This document shows positions 50,882 to 56,631 of a stretch of DNA of 56,631 nucleotides, piece after piece. The position numbers and the translations under genes were made by a program. This stretch comes from an uncultured Bacilli bacterium. GTDB taxonomy: Bacteria; Bacillota_I; Bacilli_A; RF39; UBA660. The notes under the pieces are model-generated. The model had not been told where the DNA came from, ran no database searches, and saw nothing but the letters and a program-made list of their open reading frames with translations. Position 1 is the stretch's first letter; each line of letters begins with the position of its first letter. The stretch is from contig CANRDM010000001.1 of the NCBI GenBank assembly GCA_947629365.1, positions 1 through 56,631 on the forward strand. Direction: 5' to 3'.

Positions 50882-53161
50882 TTAATTATCATCTTGAACA
50901 TCTTTTTTAATTACTTCTCGAGGTTTGCTACCATTTTGAGGGCCAACTATTCCTCTGGCTTCAAGAAGATCAATCATTCTAGCTGCCCGGTTAAAACCAA
51001 AACGGAATTTTCTTTGAATTAAAGATGCACTAATTTTTCCTGTCGAAATAGCAAATTCAACTATTTCATCATACATTGGATCATCATAACCATCTTCGCC
51101 ATTACCAGAACCACTGGAAGTATTGCTTTGAGCTTCTGTTAAGGTTATTCCTTCATCATAAGTTGCTTTCACTTGTTTAGAACAATAATTAATTAAACGA
51201 TTAATTTCTTCATCAGAAATATAACAACCTTGAATACGTTCTGGGGTATTTTCACCCATTGGTAAATATAACATATCACCTTTGCCTAATAATTTTTCAG
51301 CCCCAGTCATATCAAGAGCGGTCCTTGAATCGATACTACTAGCAACAGCAAAACAGATTCTAGATGGAATATTTGCTTTAACAACCCCCGTGATAACATC
51401 GGTTGATGGTCTTTGCGTAGCCACGATTAAATGAATACCAGCTGCTCTAGCCATTTGGGTAATACGCATTATTGAGTCTTCCACTTCTTTACTAGCCACA
51501 AGCATTAAATCAGCAAGTTCATCAATTATTACTACCATATATGGCATTTTAGCTAAAGGACTATCAGGATGCTTCTTATTTTCTTTTTCTATATAAGCAT
51601 TATATTCACTTATTTTTTTAACCCCAGTTTCAGCAAAAATATCATATCTTTTTTCCATTTCTCTAACAACATTTTGTAACATTATCGAAGCTTTTTTAGG
51701 ATCATTTACTACGGGACACAATAGATGTGGTGTTCCATTGTAATTGGTAAGTTCAACTTTTTTAGGGTCAACCATAATAAGTTTAACATCACTTGGGCTA
51801 TAATTCATTAAAATAGAACAAATAATAGAATTGATACATACTGATTTACCTGAACCGGTAGAACCCGCAACTAAAAGATGCGGCATTTTCGCCATATCAG
51901 CAACGATTGGCTTACCCATTAAATTCTTACCCAAAGTTATCATAATATCGTATTTATCTTTTGAAGAATAATTAGCTTCTAAGATTTCTCTAAATGAAAC
52001 AGCACTAATATTTTGATTAGGAATTTCAATTCCTATCGTACTTTTACCGGGAATTGGTGCTTCAATTCGCACATCTTTAGCAGCTAGTGCTAAAGCTATT
52101 TCTTTATTTATTGATAAAATTCTGCTTACTTTAGTTCCTGCCGGCACTACTATTTCGTATTGAGTTACAGCAGGTCCAATATGAATATCCACCACTTTAG
52201 CGGTAATTTGAAAATCTTTTAATACACTTTCTAAAACATCTTTATTTTTTAAAGTATAAGCATCTGGTCCATTATTTTTAGCCTTTTTTATTTCATTTAA
52301 GATATTTAAAGATGGTAATTTATAAGAAGTATATGGTTGATATTTTTCTTCCATTTCTTCTTCCACTACCATTGGTTCAACTTCTACTACTTCTTCTTTT
52401 TCAAGGACTTTATCTTTACCATTTCTAACATCTTCTAAACTTCTTAAAACAATATTATTTTCTTTATAATCTTCACTTGAATGTTTATCTTCATCTTTAT
52501 TAACTACTTCTTCTGAAATATCAGAAAGACTTGGCAAAGAAGTATTATCTTCCTCATCTTCACTGTAATTTTTATTGCCTTTAATAAATCCTTTAATCTT
52601 ATCAATAATATCACCTAAAGTAATATTAAATAACATTATTGTACCAAATATGGCAATAACTACTAAAACAATAATAGTTCCAACTCTTGCAAAAAGGAAA
52701 TATAATGCGCTAATACATAAAGCACCAATTATTCCTCCACCAATCGCAATTGTGGTATCACCAGTGTTTAAAATTGAACTAGTCACATCAATGGTGCCTA
52801 TTCTATCCATATAACTATTGACAGTCTCAGAAATAATTTCTCCCGGAACTCCAATTTTATTTAAAAAGGTAAAATGAGACGCTACTAAAACAACCATTAC
52901 AATTAAATAAAAACCTATTAATTTAGATGAAAAAAACTTGGGCATTTTCCTTTTGAATAACATATATAAGCCTATTGCTAACAGATAAATAACAAAGATT
53001 AACCACCACGAACCAAATAAAAACATTCCAAATTCTTTTATAAGAGTTCCAACGTGGCCAAACCCAAAGCCAATTATACCAATAATAGCTAAAATTAACC
53101 CCGTAAGTTCAACGCTCATTCCTTTGTTATTTGCTTCTTTTGATTTTTTTCGTTTTGCCAT
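50882..53161 (-). CDS. ftsK: DNA translocase FtsK/SpoIIIE
   Basis: 759 aa with N-terminal TM helices, Walker A GSTGSGKS, Walker B VVIIDELADL and a C-terminal gamma wHTH. Confidence 0.95.
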   Translation of the reverse strand: MAKRKKSKEANNKGMSVELTGLILAIIGIIGFGFGHVGTLIKEFGMFLFGSWWLIFVIYLLAIGLYMLFKRKMPKFFSSKLIGFYLIVMVVLVASHFTFLNKIGVPGEIISETVNSYMDRIGTIDVTSSILNTGDTTIAIGGGIIGALCISALYFLFARVGTIIVLVVIAIFGTIMLFNITLGDIIDKIKGFIKGNKNYSEDEEDNTSLPSLSDISEEVVNKDEDKHSSEDYKENNIVLRSLEDVRNGKDKVLEKEEVVEVEPMVVEEEMEEKYQPYTSYKLPSLNILNEIKKAKNNGPDAYTLKNKDVLESVLKDFQITAKVVDIHIGPAVTQYEIVVPAGTKVSRILSINKEIALALAAKDVRIEAPIPGKSTIGIEIPNQNISAVSFREILEANYSSKDKYDIMITLGKNLMGKPIVADMAKMPHLLVAGSTGSGKSVCINSIICSILMNYSPSDVKLIMVDPKKVELTNYNGTPHLLCPVVNDPKKASIMLQNVVREMEKRYDIFAETGVKKISEYNAYIEKENKKHPDSPLAKMPYMVVIIDELADLMLVASKEVEDSIMRITQMARAAGIHLIVATQRPSTDVITGVVKANIPSRICFAVASSIDSRTALDMTGAEKLLGKGDMLYLPMGENTPERIQGCYISDEEINRLINYCSKQVKATYDEGITLTEAQSNTSSGSGNGEDGYDDPMYDEIVEFAISTGKISASLIQRKFRFGFNRAARMIDLLEARGIVGPQNGSKPREVIKKDVQDDN

Positions 53162-53243
53162 AATACCACCATAATAATTATAAACTAAATATCTTTTTTT
53201 GACAATTAATTATAGATTTTATATAATTATTTGCGGTGATATA

Positions 53244-53753
53244 ATGTTAAATGTTGTTTTATTTGAACCAGAAATTCCAACCAATACCGGAAATATAATG
53301 CGTACTTGTATTGCTACAAATACTAAGTTACACTTAATTAAGCCTTTAGGTTTTAGTTTAGATGATAAATACGTAAGAAGAAGTGGTGTCAATTATATCG
53401 ATAAATGTCAATATACAGTTTATGAAAACATTGATGAATTTTTTCAAAAAAATAAAGGCGAATATTACTTTCTGACTCGCTATGGCCACAAACCACATAC
53501 CTCTTTTGATTATAGTGATTCATCAAAAAATATTTATTTCTTCTTTGGTAAAGAATCAACTGGCATTCCTCCTAAAATATTAAAACCATATATTGATAGA
53601 TGTTTAAGAATCCCAATGACAAGTGATGTTAGAGCTTTAAATCTTTCTAATACTGTGGCAATCGTTTTATATGAAGCTCTAAGACAGCAAAATTACCCTA
53701 ATTTATTATTTGATGAACCCCATAAGTCTAAATATTTTATTGAAGAAAGTTAA
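53244..53753 (+). CDS. trmL: tRNA (cytidine/uridine-2'-O)-methyltransferase TrmL (SpoU family)
   Basis: Start moved to ATG 53244. MLNVVLFEPEIPTNTGNIMRTCIATNTKLHLIKPLGF...GKESTGIP...RIPM...RALNLSNTVAIVLYEALRQ. Confidence 0.88.
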   Translation: MLNVVLFEPEIPTNTGNIMRTCIATNTKLHLIKPLGFSLDDKYVRRSGVNYIDKCQYTVYENIDEFFQKNKGEYYFLTRYGHKPHTSFDYSDSSKNIYFFFGKESTGIPPKILKPYIDRCLRIPMTSDVRALNLSNTVAIVLYEALRQQNYPNLLFDEPHKSKYFIEES

Positions 53754-53909
53754 AAGGAAATTACAAAAAGAAGATTTCCTTTTTAATTTGTTCCTTTATT
53801 TTTGCCATTCATAAAAATTTACAGGAACATTTTTAATAATTTAGCATATATTATATGTTCTTAAAATAAATAATTCCCCATATACTTAAATGGGTGATGC
53901 AAAAAAAGT

Positions 53910-56471
53910 ATGATTAATTTTAATGGCCTTAGTGAAGAAGAAGTCGTAGAAAGTCGTAAAAAATATGGTAATAATGAACTTACTAAAGTTAAGAAAAAAA
54001 CTTTCTTTAAAATTTTATTAAGTTCTTTAGGAGATCCCATTATTAAAATTCTTTTAATAGCGTTAGCTATTAAACTATTATTTATTTTTTCTAAATATGA
54101 TTGGTATGAGACAATCGGAATTGCCATTGCTGTAATGCTTGCTTCAATGATATCCACAATTTCTGAATATGGTAGCGAAGAAGCTTTTAAAAGATTGCAA
54201 GATGAAGCTGCTAAAATCAAAGTTAAAGTATTAAGAAACAATATTTTAAAAGAAATATTTATTAATGAAGTTGTGGTTGGAGATATTATATCTATTACCT
54301 CTGGTGATGCCATACCAGCAGATGGCATATTAATAAGTGGAAATCTCTCTTGTAATGAATCACTTTTAACGGGAGAGGCCAAAGATATTAAAAAAACTAA
54401 CAATAGTAAACTTTACCGCGGCGCTGTTGTTACTAGTGGAAATGGCAAAATGCTCGTTAAAGCAGTTGGTAATAATACTGAATATGGAAAAATATCTTTA
54501 GAAATTCAAGAAGATGATCCTACTTCTCCACTTAAAATAAGGCTTTATGGTTTAGCAAAGATTATTAGTAAAATTGGTTATATTGGGGCTTTTGTTGTTT
54601 CACTTTCTTATCTTTTTAATAAAATTGTTATTGCGAATAATTTTGATGTTAATTTAATTATCAATACTATTACTACACCAAAAATAATTTTAAATTATCT
54701 TATTTATGCTTTAACTTTATCGGTTACAATTATAATCGTCGCCGTTCCAGAGGGATTACCTATGATGATTACTTTAGTATTATCATCTAATATGAAAAGA
54801 ATGTTAAAAGATAATGTCTTAGTAAGAAAACCAACAGGTATTGAAACAAGTGGTAATATTAATTACTTGTTAACAGACAAAACAGGAACCCTTACGAAAG
54901 GAATATTAGAGGTTACTAATTTTGTGGCTGGTGATTTAAAAACTTATAAAAAAGAAGAAGATATTAAGAAAACTAAAATTTATGATACTTTATATAATGC
55001 CATTATTTTGAATAATGAAAGCATTATTAGTAATGGTAATGTAATTGGTGGTAATTCAACTGATAAAGCTTTAATCAGCTTTTTAAAATATAAATCTATT
55101 AATAAATTAATAACTAAAAGAATACCTTTTGATAGTGATATAAAATACAGTGCCATTTATATAGATGATTGTTATTATTTAAAAGGTGCTAGTGAAGTAA
55201 TTCTTCCTAAATGTAGTAAATATTTAAATACTTTAGGAGAAGAAAAAATTATTATTAATCAAAAATTAATTACTAGAGAAATAGAAAAATATACTAAAAA
55301 TGGGTTTCGCGTTATTACACTTGCTAAAGGTAATAATATTGATAATAATTTAACTTTTATTGGTTTTATAACCTTAAAAGATGAACTTAGAAAAGAAGCT
55401 AAAGAAGGAATTAATTTAATTAAAAAAGCTGGTATTAATATTATAATGATTACTGGGGACGCTAAAGATACAGCTAAAAATATTGCTATGGATTGTGGAA
55501 TCATTGATAATGAAAAAGATTTAATACTAACGAGCGATGAATTAAATAAAATGGATGAAGAAGAAATTAAAAAAATTATTCACCGTCTTAAAGTTGTTGC
55601 AAGAGCCTACCCAAAAGATAAAAGTCGCTTAGTTACCATCTTAGAAAGTATGGACTATATTGTCGGGATGACTGGTGATGGTGTTAATGATGCACCCGCG
55701 TTAAAAAAAGCTAATGTTGGTTTTGCAATGGGAAGTGGCACAGAAGTTAGTAAAGAAGCAAGTGACATTGTTATTTTAGATAATAATATTTTATCAATAA
55801 GTAAAGCTATACTTTATGGAAGAACTATTTTTAAAAGTATTAGAAGATTTGTTACTTATCAATTAACTGTCAACTTTACAGCATTGTTCTTATCAATTAT
55901 TGGTTCATATATTGGTGTTAGTACCCCGATTACAATAATTCAAATGTTATGGCTTAATATGATAATGGATACTTTCTCTGGACTTGCCTTCTCTTATGAA
56001 GCACCACTTAAATATTATATGGAACATAAGCCAAAAAGAAAAGATGAACCAATCATAAATAAATATATGTATTCACAAATCATTATTAATTCTATTTATT
56101 CAGCTCTTCTTTGTATTTTATTTTTAAAACTTCCTATTATTAAGGATATTGTCCGTAGTGATTATAAACATTTTATGACTTCTTATTTTGCTCTTTTCAT
56201 ATTTATCGGTATCTTTAATGCCTTTAATGCTAGAACAGAAAGATTAAATATACTTTCAAATATTTTGAAAAACAAAGTATTTATTATCATTTTTACCTTT
56301 ATTATCATAGCTCAAATATTTTTAATTTATAATGGTAATGATCTTTTTAGAACTTATGGAATGACAGCTTTTGAATTGTTGTTTGTTGTAGCCTTAGCAT
56401 TTACAGTTATCCCAATAGATTTTTTAAGAAAAGTCATTTTAAAGAAAAAAGGTATTAAAATTGAAATTTAA
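53910..56471 (+). CDS. P-type (P2) calcium-transporting ATPase
   Basis: 853 aa with TGE-type actuator region (LTGEA), PEGLP in TM4, the phosphorylation motif DKTGTLT and hinge TGDGVNDAPALKKANVGFAMG. Confidence 0.92.
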   Translation: MINFNGLSEEEVVESRKKYGNNELTKVKKKTFFKILLSSLGDPIIKILLIALAIKLLFIFSKYDWYETIGIAIAVMLASMISTISEYGSEEAFKRLQDEAAKIKVKVLRNNILKEIFINEVVVGDIISITSGDAIPADGILISGNLSCNESLLTGEAKDIKKTNNSKLYRGAVVTSGNGKMLVKAVGNNTEYGKISLEIQEDDPTSPLKIRLYGLAKIISKIGYIGAFVVSLSYLFNKIVIANNFDVNLIINTITTPKIILNYLIYALTLSVTIIIVAVPEGLPMMITLVLSSNMKRMLKDNVLVRKPTGIETSGNINYLLTDKTGTLTKGILEVTNFVAGDLKTYKKEEDIKKTKIYDTLYNAIILNNESIISNGNVIGGNSTDKALISFLKYKSINKLITKRIPFDSDIKYSAIYIDDCYYLKGASEVILPKCSKYLNTLGEEKIIINQKLITREIEKYTKNGFRVITLAKGNNIDNNLTFIGFITLKDELRKEAKEGINLIKKAGINIIMITGDAKDTAKNIAMDCGIIDNEKDLILTSDELNKMDEEEIKKIIHRLKVVARAYPKDKSRLVTILESMDYIVGMTGDGVNDAPALKKANVGFAMGSGTEVSKEASDIVILDNNILSISKAILYGRTIFKSIRRFVTYQLTVNFTALFLSIIGSYIGVSTPITIIQMLWLNMIMDTFSGLAFSYEAPLKYYMEHKPKRKDEPIINKYMYSQIIINSIYSALLCILFLKLPIIKDIVRSDYKHFMTSYFALFIFIGIFNAFNARTERLNILSNILKNKVFIIIFTFIIIAQIFLIYNGNDLFRTYGMTAFELLFVVALAFTVIPIDFLRKVILKKKGIKIEI

Positions 56472-56495
56472 AGGTTGCTAAACAACAACCTTTTT
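56471..56495. terminator. terminator between convergent genes
   Basis: AAGGTTG-ctaaacaa-CAACCTT followed by TTT. Confidence 0.7.
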
Positions 56496-56631
56496 ATTTG
56501 GCTATTTTATCTAACAAAGCATTCTTAATATCTTCATCAGTAAGAAGGTTAATCGAAAATGTTTTACTTCCAATATGATTAATTGATGTTCCACAGTGGT
56601 AAATTATTTTTCTATCAATTATAAAATAACG
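56494..56631 (-). CDS. hypothetical protein, C-terminal 45 codons only (gene continues beyond the right edge)
   Basis: Minus-strand frame is open from 56631 to TAA at 56496-56494. ...RYFIIDRKIIYHCGTSINHIGSKTFSINLLTDEDIKNALLDKIAK. Confidence 0.5.
   Translation of the reverse strand, partial: RYFIIDRKIIYHCGTSINHIGSKTFSINLLTDEDIKNALLDKIAK

Overview
AT-rich chromosome segment from a spore-forming Bacillota (Firmicutes) organism, with three parts. (1) 1-17400 is host DNA. It holds a divergent XRE regulator and membrane protein pair, tmcAL, two co-transcribed large membrane or surface proteins (one with about 15 Cys-pair repeats), an RluA-family pseudouridine synthase, an SPFH protein, and the conserved minus-strand block rimP-nusA-ylxR-infB-rbfA-(orf)-truB-rpsO-pnp. 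(2) About 17401-49560 is a roughly 32-kb HK97-like siphovirus prophage, with nearly all genes on the minus strand. From left to right it carries lysis, tail fibre and baseplate, tape measure, G/GT chaperones, major tail, connectors, capsid, protease, portal, TerL, TerS, HNH, late regulator, early and replication genes, a cro/cI switch, accessory genes and a large serine recombinase. It is inserted inside the spore-coat gene cotJC, and the two gene halves lie at 16937-17404 and 49561-49650. (3) 49561-56631 is host DNA with cotJA/B behind a sigma-E-like promoter, a membrane protein, ftsK, trmL and a P-type Ca-ATPase. The most interesting items: the developmental-style interruption of cotJC; an RNA-repeat plus MazF/PemK-fold toxin module (type III-like TA) next to the integrase; a convergent small-mRNA/antisense-RNA pair (type I TA-like) at the other prophage end; a G9/C9 homopolymer that frameshifts an extra receptor-binding module gene; a CCC-UAG +1 frameshift extension of the capsid protein; a promoter-terminator cassette in front of the late operon; a 28-aa prepilin-leader-only peptide; and a phage SpoVG homologue. 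No tRNA, rRNA or CRISPR array was seen. All calls come from reading the sequence by eye. Family names rest on remembered motifs, not on searches.
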